Shown here one piece after another: positions 17,388 to 27,029 of a stretch of DNA of 64,000 nt. The notes beneath the pieces are model-generated. The model made no database searches and was not told the DNA's origin. It was given only the letters and a program-made list of their open reading frames with translations. Positions within the stretch are counted from its first letter, which is position 1; each line of letters opens with the position of its first letter. The stretch comes from Myxococcales bacterium. GTDB taxonomy: Bacteria > Myxococcota_A > UBA9042. Position numbers and translations under genes: made by a program. The stretch is from positions 71,190 to 135,189 of the forward strand of contig JBBISH010000001.1 of assembly GCA_037441385.1 (NCBI GenBank), given 5' to 3'.

Positions 17388-17770
17388 TCGACGGCACCTA
17401 CCTGTTGTGGTGGCTGGGCGCCTTTACCGCGACCCAGATCATCGAAGCGCCGATTTACAAGCGATTTTGCCTGCCCGGCGGCTGGTGGCCGGCGCTGCAG
17501 CCCAGCGCTATCACCCACCCGCTGCTCTGGTTCGTGCTGACGCCGGCGTGGAATCACCTGCGCTGGCCCATCGCCGACCTCATCGGCCGCGGCGCACCAG
17601 AGCGACTCGATAATCCAGCGACTTGGCTGATGGAGGTCGCCATCACCGTCTTCGAGGGCTGGTGGCTCAAGCGCCTGGGCGGCCGCGACCCGTTTTTGTG
17701 GGCGCTGGTGGGCAACGCCGCCAGCTACGGCTTTGGCGAAGTGCTCTACGCGGTGCTCGGGCTGAACTAG
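17384..17770 (+). CDS. Hypothetical small membrane protein (128 aa)
   Basis: GTG start coupled to the preceding small ORF. Three or four predicted hydrophobic helices. Trp-rich. Confidence 0.45.
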   Translation: MIDGTYLLWWLGAFTATQIIEAPIYKRFCLPGGWWPALQPSAITHPLLWFVLTPAWNHLRWPIADLIGRGAPERLDNPATWLMEVAITVFEGWWLKRLGGRDPFLWALVGNAASYGFGEVLYAVLGLN

Positions 17771-17778
17771 ATGTTTGT

Positions 17779-18876
17779 CTAGTACTGCGACCTTCCCAAC
17801 AACCTACCGCGCGCCGCGTGGTCGTGAACCCCTTTGCTCACAGTCAGTTGGCTGCCAGCCGCCCGACCCGCAGCCAGCGCCGACGAGTGCGCCACCCCGG
17901 CCCGGCCCGTGCTCACCAACCGCGGATAGCGCTCGCGGGCATAAGCCGCTAGGCCCGGATCGCCCAGCCACACCAACCCGCGCGCCCGGCTGACGTTGCG
18001 TTCGGCGCGGAGCTTGTCGCGAAAGCCCATGAGTACGCCGGCTTTGAACTCGCGCTTGCTCGACCGATCGCTGGACCACAGGCCCGTCTGCGACCGTTGC
18101 CACAACGCTTCGCACTCGCGGTGCAAGAAATCGTGGACGTAGTGCGCCAGTTCCAGGTTCGTCTCGCTGCCCATGATCTCTAGCTGACGCTGGCTCTGAT
18201 CGCGGCGCGCGTCGTAGGTCGAGACCCAGATGCACTCGACAAAGAAGAATTCCGACAAGATCGCCGCCACCAGCTTGGCCGACACGTCAAAGGCGCCAGC
18301 GGCCTTGCCCAACAGCCGCGCCTGATACAGCTCTTCTCCCTGACGCACGACGTGCTGCAAATTATGCTCTAATAGCAGCTTGTTGGCCGCCGCCATCGCC
18401 GCTTCGGCCTCGTGCACGTTGTCGTTGTTGGCCAGCGCCAGCAGCTTCTGCACGCGCGCCAGGATCTTGCCGGTCTCGGTCGAAGTGGCGCCGTCGCGCG
18501 GCGCGGTCGCGCGGGGCGAGGTCTGCAACCGGCGGCAGGTCTGGGCAAAGGCCGGTCCGTGCGAGGTCTCGTCCGTGATCTTCAGTACTTCTGAGACATA
18601 CTGATGGGCTATCTCGTGCCGCAGCGTCGCCCGCACCTCGTGCCACGGCGCGCGCAGGATGTGCATCTCGCTGATCGACAGGGTCCTTGTGGTTGGCTGC
18701 CACTGCCCCAGGCGCGCTTCGGGACCCACGTCGATGGCAAACACGGGCAATTGCAGGGCTTTGTCCAAGTAGTGATCGTTGGCCGACAGCCACTCGCTCT
18801 TGAGACGCCGCAGCCACGCCGGGTGCAGCTTGGCCCGCACCTCTGGAAAAAGACCTGCAGTTCTGCCCTCAGCCAT
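17779..18876 (-). CDS. SprT-like zinc-metalloprotease domain / DUF2786 domain protein
   Basis: HEIAHQY (HExxH) within a SprT-like region. DUF2786-like [31 protein letters not shown] 18876 with a GAGGTGG RBS. Confidence 0.6.
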   Translation of the reverse strand: MAEGRTAGLFPEVRAKLHPAWLRRLKSEWLSANDHYLDKALQLPVFAIDVGPEARLGQWQPTTRTLSISEMHILRAPWHEVRATLRHEIAHQYVSEVLKITDETSHGPAFAQTCRRLQTSPRATAPRDGATSTETGKILARVQKLLALANNDNVHEAEAAMAAANKLLLEHNLQHVVRQGEELYQARLLGKAAGAFDVSAKLVAAILSEFFFVECIWVSTYDARRDQSQRQLEIMGSETNLELAHYVHDFLHRECEALWQRSQTGLWSSDRSSKREFKAGVLMGFRDKLRAERNVSRARGLVWLGDPGLAAYARERYPRLVSTGRAGVAHSSALAAGRAAGSQLTVSKGVHDHAARGRLLGRSQY

Positions 18877-18992
18877 CGCCACCTCGCCCGCGATTTTGCC
18901 GGTTGGTCGCCGCCTATTGCAAGGCCGGACACCCTGCCCTAGGCTTTTGCGTCCCGGCGGCCTGCCCGCTCCTCCGCCGGCAAAGGTCGGGG

Positions 18993-19874
18993 ATGGCAAT
19001 CAAACCGTTGAAAAAGCTGCGTCTTCAGGGTTTCAACAACCTGACCAAGACGCTCAGCTTCAACATGTACGACATCTGCTACGCCCGCAGCGAGGCCCAC
19101 CGCGCGGCCTACATCCGCTACATCGACGAGGCGTACAACGCCGAGCGCCTGACGCAGATCCTGCTGAATGTATGTCGCATCATCGGCGCGCATGTGTTGA
19201 ACATTGCTCGCGAAGACTACGATCCCCAGGGCGCCAGCGTAACCATGCTGATCGCCGAGGACGAGATCGTCGGCAAGACCCTGTCGCTCGAAGACGTGGA
19301 CGACGAGACGCCGGGGCCGCTGCCGGGCGCCATCCCTCTGTCGCAAGTCACGCGCGACGGCGTGGAACTGCCCAAGAAAAAAGAGTCTGTGGTCGCGCAC
19401 TTGGACAAGTCGCACATCACCGTGCACACCTATCCAGAGAGCCACCCGGACAACGGCATCGCCACCTTCCGCGCCGACATCGACGTATCGACCTGCGGCC
19501 GGATTTCGCCATTGCGCGCGCTGAATTACCTGCTGCACAGCTTCGAGAGCGACATCGTCACCATCGACTACCGCGTGCGCGGCTTCACCCGCGACGTCGA
19601 GGGCAAGAAGTTCTTCATCGACCACAAGATCAACTCGATCCAGAACTTCATCACCAAGGAGCAGCGCAACCGCTACCAACTGATCGACGTCAACGTCTAC
19701 CAAGAAAACATCTTCCATACCAAGATGTTGCTGAAGGACTTGGACCTGTCGAACTACGTGTTTGGCAGCGACGTGGACAAGCTGGACGACGCCGAAGCCG
19801 CGACCGTGCGCAAGCGCCTGCACAAAGAGATGCTCGAGATCTTCTACGGCCGGCGACTCAAGAAAGGCGCCTAA
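18993..19874 (+). CDS. speD: S-adenosylmethionine decarboxylase proenzyme (class 1B, E. coli SpeD-type)
   Basis: Near-colinear with E. coli SpeD. Matches: [43 protein letters not shown] (processing site), [31 protein letters not shown] and [15 protein letters not shown]. Confidence 0.9.
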   Translation: MAIKPLKKLRLQGFNNLTKTLSFNMYDICYARSEAHRAAYIRYIDEAYNAERLTQILLNVCRIIGAHVLNIAREDYDPQGASVTMLIAEDEIVGKTLSLEDVDDETPGPLPGAIPLSQVTRDGVELPKKKESVVAHLDKSHITVHTYPESHPDNGIATFRADIDVSTCGRISPLRALNYLLHSFESDIVTIDYRVRGFTRDVEGKKFFIDHKINSIQNFITKEQRNRYQLIDVNVYQENIFHTKMLLKDLDLSNYVFGSDVDKLDDAEAATVRKRLHKEMLEIFYGRRLKKGA

Positions 19875-19880
19875 TTCCGG

Positions 19881-20531
19881 TCACTTCTTGTCGCGAATCA
19901 CCGCACCCAGGCCGTCCAGCCGCACCAGCGTCATCGCTTCCTTCACGCTGGCCGGGTCGAAGGGCTGCCCCTGCTCTTGCGCTTCGTGTTCTTTGACCTT
20001 GATGGTCTGCTCCAGGGTCAGCGGCATCTTGCGCACCTGACCTTCTGCGACCGCCCACTTGCCGATCGCCGACACCGGGAAGGTCATCAGCCCATCGGTG
20101 ACCTTGAACTTCATGGTTTGGCCCGGCTTTTCGCCCTTCATTGCAAACCAGCAGCCGCGCATGCGGCAGACATCTTCAACCTCGCCTTCTACGCGAACCC
20201 GCTTGCCCGCGTAGGCATCGGGATTGGCGAGCAAGGCGTCGATCGACACGGTCTCGGTCAAGGTCACACCTTGGCCAAACTTGTCGCCGGCCAGCGCCAG
20301 CTCGGGCCCGTGTTCAGCGGCCACCTTGGGGTCGATGTTGGTGGCGCAGGCCGGGTTGTCGCCGTGCCCGCAGGCCGGTGCCGCTGTGGTGGTGGCCACG
20401 GTCGGGGCGGTCACCGCGGCTGCGGCAGGCGTTGGTGCACCAGGGGCCAATGCCGGGGCGGCGACGGGCGGCTCGGCCTTGGCGCAGGCGACGGCAGACA
20501 AAAGCAGACACACGATGGACAATTTCTTCAT
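19881..20531 (-). CDS. DUF4920-like lipoprotein
   Basis: Signal peptide MKKLSIVCLLLSAVAC. CRMRGCWFAMK motif and two beta-rich halves typical of DUF4920. Ala/Pro/Thr linker. Confidence 0.55.
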   Translation of the reverse strand: MKKLSIVCLLLSAVACAKAEPPVAAPALAPGAPTPAAAAVTAPTVATTTAAPACGHGDNPACATNIDPKVAAEHGPELALAGDKFGQGVTLTETVSIDALLANPDAYAGKRVRVEGEVEDVCRMRGCWFAMKGEKPGQTMKFKVTDGLMTFPVSAIGKWAVAEGQVRKMPLTLEQTIKVKEHEAQEQGQPFDPASVKEAMTLVRLDGLGAVIRDKK

Positions 20532-20719
20532 GTAAAGTAGTCCGCGGCGGCTCGCAGGACCGCCCAAAGCGGCCGCAGTGTAGCATTGCCTGCGCCCAGC
20601 GGCACGGCGTTTTCTGGCGCACGAGATCGCGCTAAACAGAGCGGTGAACAATTCCTGCGCGCCGCGCGTCGTGGTATGGTGGCTGTTTCTGGGCGGCATA
20701 CCTGCCCTTGGACCATACG

Positions 20720-22552
20720 ATGCGCGTTTGCCTGGAATGCGGCGCCGAAACCGAAGGGCTGTTCTGCCCGACCGACGGCATGGCCACTATCGTCTCGGGC
20801 CGCCAGCCGACGAGCACTCAACTCCAGCCCCAGACCATTTTTGCCAATCGTTACCGCATCGTCGGTACGTTGGGTCGCGGCGGCATGGGCGCGGTCTACG
20901 ACGCCCTGCATACCGGCACCGGCCAGCGCGTGGCGATCAAGACGCTGCTCATCGACGCGGCGCACGAACCCCAGGCCGTCAAACGGTTCTTCTACGAGGC
21001 CAAACTAACCGCCGGACTACAACACCCCAATACTATTCGCGTTTTTGATTTTGGTCAAAGCGACGACGGCATCTACTTCTTGGTGATGGAGCGGCTGCAG
21101 GGCGAGACGCTGGGGGAACGCCTGCAGCGCTACGCCGCGGAAGGGCGCACGATGGCCGAAAGCGAGGCCGCGTCGATCGGCGTGGGCGTCCTGCGCAGCC
21201 TGGGCGAAGCACATCGGGTCGGCCTGGTCCACCGCGATCTGAAGCCCGGCAACATCTTCTTGCACGACATCGGTGGCGGCGAAACTGTAGTCAAAGTACT
21301 GGATTTTGGCATTGCCAAGCACGGCGAGTCCAACTTGACGCAGTCGGGCACCAGCTTGGGCACCCCTTCGTACATGAGCCCCGAACAGGTAATGGGTCAG
21401 GCGATCGATGGCCGCAGCGATCTGTATTCGCTGGGCATCGTGCTGTACCAGTGCGTGTCGGGCAAGGTGCCATTCCCGGGCGAGTCGTCGTACACCGTGA
21501 TGATGAAACAGGTTCACGACCCGGTGCCGGACCTGAGCGAGCTGGGTGGCACCTCCAAGGGCTTTGCCTTCATCGTCCGCCAAGCCATGGCCAAGAAGGT
21601 CGACGACCGATTTGCCAGCGCCCAGGCGCTCCGCGAGGCCTTGGAACCGGTGGCGCGCGGCGAAGTGGTCCAGGCGCCGGGCGCCATCGAAGACAAGCCG
21701 ACGCAAGCCCTGGCGACCGGTCAACTGCCACAGCCTTCGGCCGCACGGCCCCTGCCTTCGCCCCCTGTGAGCGCGACGCCGGGGCCCAGCAGTCCTTCGG
21801 CTGGCCACGTGCCGCCCCCGCCGCCCCCTTCGGCTGTCCCGCCGCCAGCCATGTCGGCGCCGTCGACCAAGATGGCCGCGCGCAAGCCGGGCGGTCCGGG
21901 GCAGCACCCCGAACCCGCGCCGCCGCGGGCGCAAGGCGACGCCCCGGTGGCGGTGACGGCACCCAAGAAGGCGAACTTCTTGCCGATACTGGTCGTCGGC
22001 CTCGCCCTCATCGCCATCAGTCTGGCGATCGCCTGGTGGTTGCACGGCGACGGTTCCACTCCGCCCGACGCGGCCAGCGCCGATGCCGGCTCGGCGCCCA
22101 GTGCCCACCCCGACGTTGCCCCGGCAGCGCCGCCCCCAACCCAAGACGTTGCTGCGGCCGTCCCAGCTGCCGATGCCGGTTCGGCCGCCGAGGACGTCGA
22201 CGTCCAGGTCGCGCAAGACGCCCAAGACGCCATAGATGCAGGCGAAAGCGTTGACACAGCCGACGCCGCGGACACTGCGGATTCGCCCGACGTGGCCAGC
22301 GCCGAAGACGTGGCGGCGGCGGATACCGCAAAAACCGGCGCTGAATCGGGCCTCCTCCCGCCCGAAGCGGGTGCATCGGCCGGCTCAACAGGCGAACCAG
22401 CCGGCGGCGAACCGGCCAAACCGGTCAAGAAGAAGCCCGTGGTCCAATGGAAGCATGTCTGGGAGCACAAGGGCTACCGCGCGCCGGGTGACGGCCGGCC
22501 CAGCGCACCTGGGTCGCGCCCCTCGCAGCCAGGCACTCGGCCGTCGCGATAA
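20720..22552 (+). CDS. Serine/threonine protein kinase with N-terminal zinc ribbon, single TM and acidic extracytoplasmic tail
   Basis: CLECGAETEGLFCPTDG. Kinase subdomains GRGGMGAVY, AIK, HRDLKPGNIF, DFGIA and GTPSYMSPE. Pro-rich linker, then TM FLPILVVGLALIAISLAIAWWL, then D/A-rich tail. The ORF-track start at 20708 is TTG. The first ATG is 20720. Confidence 0.8.
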   Translation: MRVCLECGAETEGLFCPTDGMATIVSGRQPTSTQLQPQTIFANRYRIVGTLGRGGMGAVYDALHTGTGQRVAIKTLLIDAAHEPQAVKRFFYEAKLTAGLQHPNTIRVFDFGQSDDGIYFLVMERLQGETLGERLQRYAAEGRTMAESEAASIGVGVLRSLGEAHRVGLVHRDLKPGNIFLHDIGGGETVVKVLDFGIAKHGESNLTQSGTSLGTPSYMSPEQVMGQAIDGRSDLYSLGIVLYQCVSGKVPFPGESSYTVMMKQVHDPVPDLSELGGTSKGFAFIVRQAMAKKVDDRFASAQALREALEPVARGEVVQAPGAIEDKPTQALATGQLPQPSAARPLPSPPVSATPGPSSPSAGHVPPPPPPSAVPPPAMSAPSTKMAARKPGGPGQHPEPAPPRAQGDAPVAVTAPKKANFLPILVVGLALIAISLAIAWWLHGDGSTPPDAASADAGSAPSAHPDVAPAAPPPTQDVAAAVPAADAGSAAEDVDVQVAQDAQDAIDAGESVDTADAADTADSPDVASAEDVAAADTAKTGAESGLLPPEAGASAGSTGEPAGGEPAKPVKKKPVVQWKHVWEHKGYRAPGDGRPSAPGSRPSQPGTRPSR

Positions 22553-22570
22553 GCCCAGCGACTTTCCGGT

Positions 22571-23794
22571 TCAGTAGACCGACAACCCCATCGACCCGCC
22601 CTGCGTCCAGCCGCCTGCGCTGACGGACGACTGCGCGTAATTGCCGCCGTAGCGCAAGAACATCGCCAGGCGGGTGGTCCACTCGATCTCGAATAGGCCG
22701 CCCACGGCGTAGTAGGGGCGATTCTCGCTGAACTCCGCCCAGTCGCCGCCGCCGGCCTTGGCCCACTCCAAGCCGGCACCGCCGTACGCGCCCAGGTGAA
22801 GGCGCCCCAAATCCAACGGCATCAGCTGCACTTCCGCGCCCGCGCGCAGGGTCAGGTAGTCGCTTGCGCCAAAAGTGCCCGAGCCGAACTGCGTGCGCGC
22901 GACCACGCCCACCATCTGAGTGGGGAAGACGCCAAACGCCAGCTCGGCCGCGCCCGCGGGCTGAACCATGCTGCCGCCCAAAGCCACGCCGGTGTAGCCG
23001 CCGCCCAACTGGTAGGTGAATCCTTCGCGATCCAGCGGCGCCCGCCCGCGCAGCCACAGGCCCATGCCCTCTTGGCCCACCAGGACCGCGGTCTCGTCGG
23101 GGCGCATGTCGCCGGGGCGAATCTCGTCCAGCGCCAGGATGCGGTGACCGCCGTTGTCGCTGAGCAAGTGCACCGGGTGGTGCGGGTGAACGGCGACCCA
23201 GCCGTCGTGGCGCGCCCCTTCTGTCGCGGCCAGCGCAACGCCCACAACGATGGCGGTGACCACTAGCACCGCCGCAGCCCCTGCCAGGCTATCGCGATCG
23301 GCCTTGCCCTTGCTGGCCGCGGCCTTGGCGACTTCGCTCATGCCCCCCTTGTCGGCCGGTCCTGGCGAAGGAGTCGCGACGCCGCCTGCCCCAACCGCAC
23401 CACCGCCGCCGACTCGAACATAGTAGGGCGTGTAGAACGGGTCACCCCAGCCGTAGCCACCGTAGTAAGAATAGTGCGGAGTTACAGGCACTCCGACCGG
23501 CACGGGCACCGGCGCGGGTGGCGCGTCGCCCGCCTCGGCTTGCGGACCGGGGTCAAAGGGCGGAGCCGGCGGCACATCGGCCGACGTCGAAAACCGTTGC
23601 ACAGAGCGAACATGCTTACCCCGTTCGCTGCGGTCGACCTTGCTGAGGCGCTCGATCTCGTCGTGGCTGACCGTGAAGGTGGGCGACAAGCAAGCCGACT
23701 GAAGCAGGCCGGCAAGGGCGACCACGGCAACCGCGCCACTGCGCGCAAAGCGCGCGAGGACCGGGACTGGAATAGGGGAATAGGGCTCGCGCAT
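22571..23794 (-). CDS. Hypothetical secreted Gly/Tyr-rich protein
   Basis: ATG 23794 with a GAGGT RBS. Signal peptide. YYGGYGWGDPFYTPYY and Gly-rich C-terminal half. No recognised domain. Confidence 0.5.
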   Translation of the reverse strand: MREPYSPIPVPVLARFARSGAVAVVALAGLLQSACLSPTFTVSHDEIERLSKVDRSERGKHVRSVQRFSTSADVPPAPPFDPGPQAEAGDAPPAPVPVPVGVPVTPHYSYYGGYGWGDPFYTPYYVRVGGGGAVGAGGVATPSPGPADKGGMSEVAKAAASKGKADRDSLAGAAAVLVVTAIVVGVALAATEGARHDGWVAVHPHHPVHLLSDNGGHRILALDEIRPGDMRPDETAVLVGQEGMGLWLRGRAPLDREGFTYQLGGGYTGVALGGSMVQPAGAAELAFGVFPTQMVGVVARTQFGSGTFGASDYLTLRAGAEVQLMPLDLGRLHLGAYGGAGLEWAKAGGGDWAEFSENRPYYAVGGLFEIEWTTRLAMFLRYGGNYAQSSVSAGGWTQGGSMGLSVY

Positions 23795-23976
23795 GTCGAC
23801 CTCGCCGCAAGGATGCTGCCCGGCACTATAGCTCATTTCGGCGCAACCGCACCAATGGCGTGCCGCCCCCCACGCAGGGCATGCAACGGCGAGGCAACCT
23901 CGCTATGCTTGACGCTTGGCCGCCGCCGCGGCAGCAGGGCAATATGGGGCGGGCGCTCCCGGTCATCGCCAATTGT

Positions 23977-25899
23977 ATGAGTATGTTCAACGCGTTGCCG
24001 CATGTCCAGCGCGCGACACTCGCGGCCAGCGTGGCGGCGGTGGGGCTGCTGGCTTGCCGGCGCGAGGCACCGGAAACGCCCGTGGCCGCACCTGCTTCAA
24101 CTCAGGCGCCTGCCCCGGTTGCTGCTGAGTCCGTCCCGCCGCCTCGCTCGCCGCGCATGGGCTGGAGTTCGGGCCGAGTCGAACGCCAAACCATCGATGT
24201 GCTGGTGCGCGCGGACGCGCCTGGGCTCGAGCCCGGCCCGGCCGATGGCGCAATCCGCCCGGTGGCCGATGCGTGGCGGTCCCTGGGCGGCGTAGAGCAC
24301 GTGGTCACGCGCGCGCGCGAAGGCGAAGTGCGGGCGCTGATTCGCTTTGACGCTACCGCGCAACTGCCCGACGCGGCCACCGCCGCAGTGGCCTCGGCCT
24401 GGCAAGCTCACCGGCCGCCCGAGCTGGCAACGCCGCAAATTGCTTGGATTCCCAGAGGGAATCGCGCACGGTTAGGCTGGGCCTTTACCAGTTTTGACGG
24501 CGGCGAAGACGCGACCGCGTTGGCCGTGCAGGTAGCGCCGCAGCTGCTGCAGCAATGGCCGGCCTTGGCGCGCACCGAGGTCGCTGGCACGGTGCGGCCG
24601 GTGTTCTTCGTCGACGTGCTGACCAAGTCCGTGCAAGACCGCGGCTCGACCTTGGCGATGGTGGCGGCCGGGGTGCGAAATGTGCTGCAAAGCCACGCCG
24701 GGCAGACCAAGGTCGACGCGGGGCCGCAATCACAGAACATTTTGCAAGCAGCCGTGGATACGGGGAAAATCGGTGTGCACGATCGCGGCGCGCCCGTGGA
24801 ATTGAGCCGCGTGGTGGCGCTGCGGCGCGGATTGGGCGGCCCGGTGCGCTCGGGGCTGGTCGGCCGAAACGAGGCGGTGCTCTTGCGCGGCGAGATGGGC
24901 GTCGGTGGCGAGATGGGCAATCTAGAGGCCAAGGCGCGGGCCGAGTTGGCTGCCGCTGGGCACCTGGGGGCGCGACGGCAGGTGTACCCGCAGACTCTGG
25001 CCGTGGCGTCGCGCCTGGTGTTGGATTTGCGCGCAGACCAAACGCCCGAGCGGCCCGTCGATCTGGCCAAACGGCTGTTGGTGGTCCGCGAAATGCCGGG
25101 TGTGGTGGGCGTGGCGGCCATGCAAGGTCTTGACGGGATTCCAGAACCGCTGGACAGCGACGTGCCCGCCAATCGCCGCTGGACGGTTTGGGTGACGGTG
25201 TCGACGCCCAATGCCGAAGCGCTGATCACGTCGATCGCCGGGCAGCTTGGCGAAGGTCCGTGGCAGGCCTACTCGATCCCCGGCAACCTGGACACGAGCT
25301 TGGCTTGGCTGCTCGATCGTCCCGCGGCGGCGGGCGCGCTGGTGGCCGCTCGGGATCCGGCCCAGTTGGCGCCGGCGGTGGCCGCGCTGGGCGAACAGCT
25401 CAAGAAGCATCCAGACTTTGCCAACCTGCGATCGGGTCCGCAGCGACGCGGCGCCGTGGCGACGTTTGCCCGCCTGCGGGTCGACAACCTGCTGGCCGCG
25501 CACTTGCCTAGCGACGACGCGGCCTTGGCGCTGAACTTGGTCGACCGACCGCAGCCCATCGGTGTTTTTGGCGGCGCGGACGTGTGGTTGGGCCTGCCCA
25601 CTGGCGCGATGGCTGCCGAGTACGGGACTCTGCCCCTGGCGTGGCTCCCGCCCGCGAACCGACCGGCGCTGCTGGGCGACATCATCCAACTGCCCAGCGA
25701 CATGACCGTTTTGGAGCGTCTGCGCGTCGATGGCGATCCGGCGCTGTGGGTGCAGGTCGACAACCACGGGATGCTGCCCGATGTGGCGGTGACCGCGTTT
25801 CGCGACGCGTTTGAACGGGCCAGCATCGCGCCCACAGTGCAGCGCCTGGGCTTAACCGTGGCCGATCCCACCCTTGGCCTTGGGGCTTGCGTCCCATGA
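23977..25899 (+). CDS. Hypothetical lipoprotein (about 640 aa)
   Basis: Signal plus lipobox (AAVGLLAC). No recognised catalytic motif. The stop overlaps the start of the next gene (ATGA). Confidence 0.55.
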   Translation: MSMFNALPHVQRATLAASVAAVGLLACRREAPETPVAAPASTQAPAPVAAESVPPPRSPRMGWSSGRVERQTIDVLVRADAPGLEPGPADGAIRPVADAWRSLGGVEHVVTRAREGEVRALIRFDATAQLPDAATAAVASAWQAHRPPELATPQIAWIPRGNRARLGWAFTSFDGGEDATALAVQVAPQLLQQWPALARTEVAGTVRPVFFVDVLTKSVQDRGSTLAMVAAGVRNVLQSHAGQTKVDAGPQSQNILQAAVDTGKIGVHDRGAPVELSRVVALRRGLGGPVRSGLVGRNEAVLLRGEMGVGGEMGNLEAKARAELAAAGHLGARRQVYPQTLAVASRLVLDLRADQTPERPVDLAKRLLVVREMPGVVGVAAMQGLDGIPEPLDSDVPANRRWTVWVTVSTPNAEALITSIAGQLGEGPWQAYSIPGNLDTSLAWLLDRPAAAGALVAARDPAQLAPAVAALGEQLKKHPDFANLRSGPQRRGAVATFARLRVDNLLAAHLPSDDAALALNLVDRPQPIGVFGGADVWLGLPTGAMAAEYGTLPLAWLPPANRPALLGDIIQLPSDMTVLERLRVDGDPALWVQVDNHGMLPDVAVTAFRDAFERASIAPTVQRLGLTVADPTLGLGACVP

Positions 25900-27029
25900 A
25901 ATCCGCCGCGCCGGATGCACGCGCCCGCGGGCGTCGCCGGCTGGCGACAGTTCTTGTCGCATGGCAGTTGACCGTCGGTTGTGGCGCGCTGGACGAGTCG
26001 GCCCCAGTGGTCGCCAAACCCAGCCACTGCAAGACCGTGGACGAGCGTCTGGCACCGCTGATGAAGCTGGCCCATCAGGGTAAAACCAGCCACCTGGCGG
26101 CACTGGTGGCCGAACGCCTGGATCCGGCTGGCCAACGCGCCGTAGTGCAACTGGTGCTGGACATTGCCTACGCGCTACCAGGGGACATCAGCAAGGATCT
26201 TCCAGATCTGCTCGCACCCACGGGTTTGGGCGCGCTGGTGCCGTTGCTGGTAGCCATCTTGGCTCCCCTGCCGGGTGATCCGCACGCTACGCCGCCGGTA
26301 CCGCCCAAGATCGAGGCCATGAAGGCGTTTTCGGCCGTGGCTCAAAGCTGCCTGAGCCAAGAGATGTTCGTTTTGGGCAAGCGGCTGTTCGCCGAGCCCG
26401 AAGCCGCCGACGCGGTGGCGGGTCTGCTGGGCGCGGGCACGGGCGGGATCAAGCAGATCCTGGGTGCGGTGCAGGCCGCGGGCGCCGAGGGGCGCATGGG
26501 CATGCAGACGCTGGTCCGCAACCTGATGACTTCGCTGGCGGCCGATGATTTTGCCCCCGAGCCGCTGCTGGCGCTGCTCGACCGCCTGGTCGATCCTGCC
26601 AATCCCGGTGCGCTGGGTGCCGTGAGCACGTTCTTGCACAGCATGGTGCTGGGTCACTCGGCGCAGGACCGCCAGCAAGCTCTGCAGGCGCTGGGCGGAT
26701 TTGCCAAGTGTATGCTGGCGCTGGACCCCGACATGGCGATTGCCGGCCACGCCTACGATGTGGTGGCCAACTTGGAACTGCCCGAAGCGGCGACCATCAC
26801 CATCGACACCCACCGCTGGCTGCCCATTGTGGCGATTGCGATGGACGTGCTGGCCAGTCACCCCGCCTCGCGCGATGCCTGGAGCCAGCTGCTGGGACTG
26901 CTGCTGCGGCCAGAGACGGGTATCGCCGCCCTGCCCGACTTGGTCGCGCTGATGCAAAGCGAAGCGCTGCCAGGTGTTTTTGGTCTTCTGGCCGATCTGG
27001 TGGCCCTACCTTGCCAGGAGCAGCCGTGA
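25896..27029 (+). CDS. Hypothetical all-alpha lipoprotein (377 aa)
   Basis: Lipobox LTVGC. Leu/Ala-rich. Start is coupled to the upstream gene (ATGA). The stop overlaps the GTG start of the FadL-like gene (GTGA). Confidence 0.55.
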   Translation: MKSAAPDARARGRRRLATVLVAWQLTVGCGALDESAPVVAKPSHCKTVDERLAPLMKLAHQGKTSHLAALVAERLDPAGQRAVVQLVLDIAYALPGDISKDLPDLLAPTGLGALVPLLVAILAPLPGDPHATPPVPPKIEAMKAFSAVAQSCLSQEMFVLGKRLFAEPEAADAVAGLLGAGTGGIKQILGAVQAAGAEGRMGMQTLVRNLMTSLAADDFAPEPLLALLDRLVDPANPGALGAVSTFLHSMVLGHSAQDRQQALQALGGFAKCMLALDPDMAIAGHAYDVVANLELPEAATITIDTHRWLPIVAIAMDVLASHPASRDAWSQLLGLLLRPETGIAALPDLVALMQSEALPGVFGLLADLVALPCQEQP

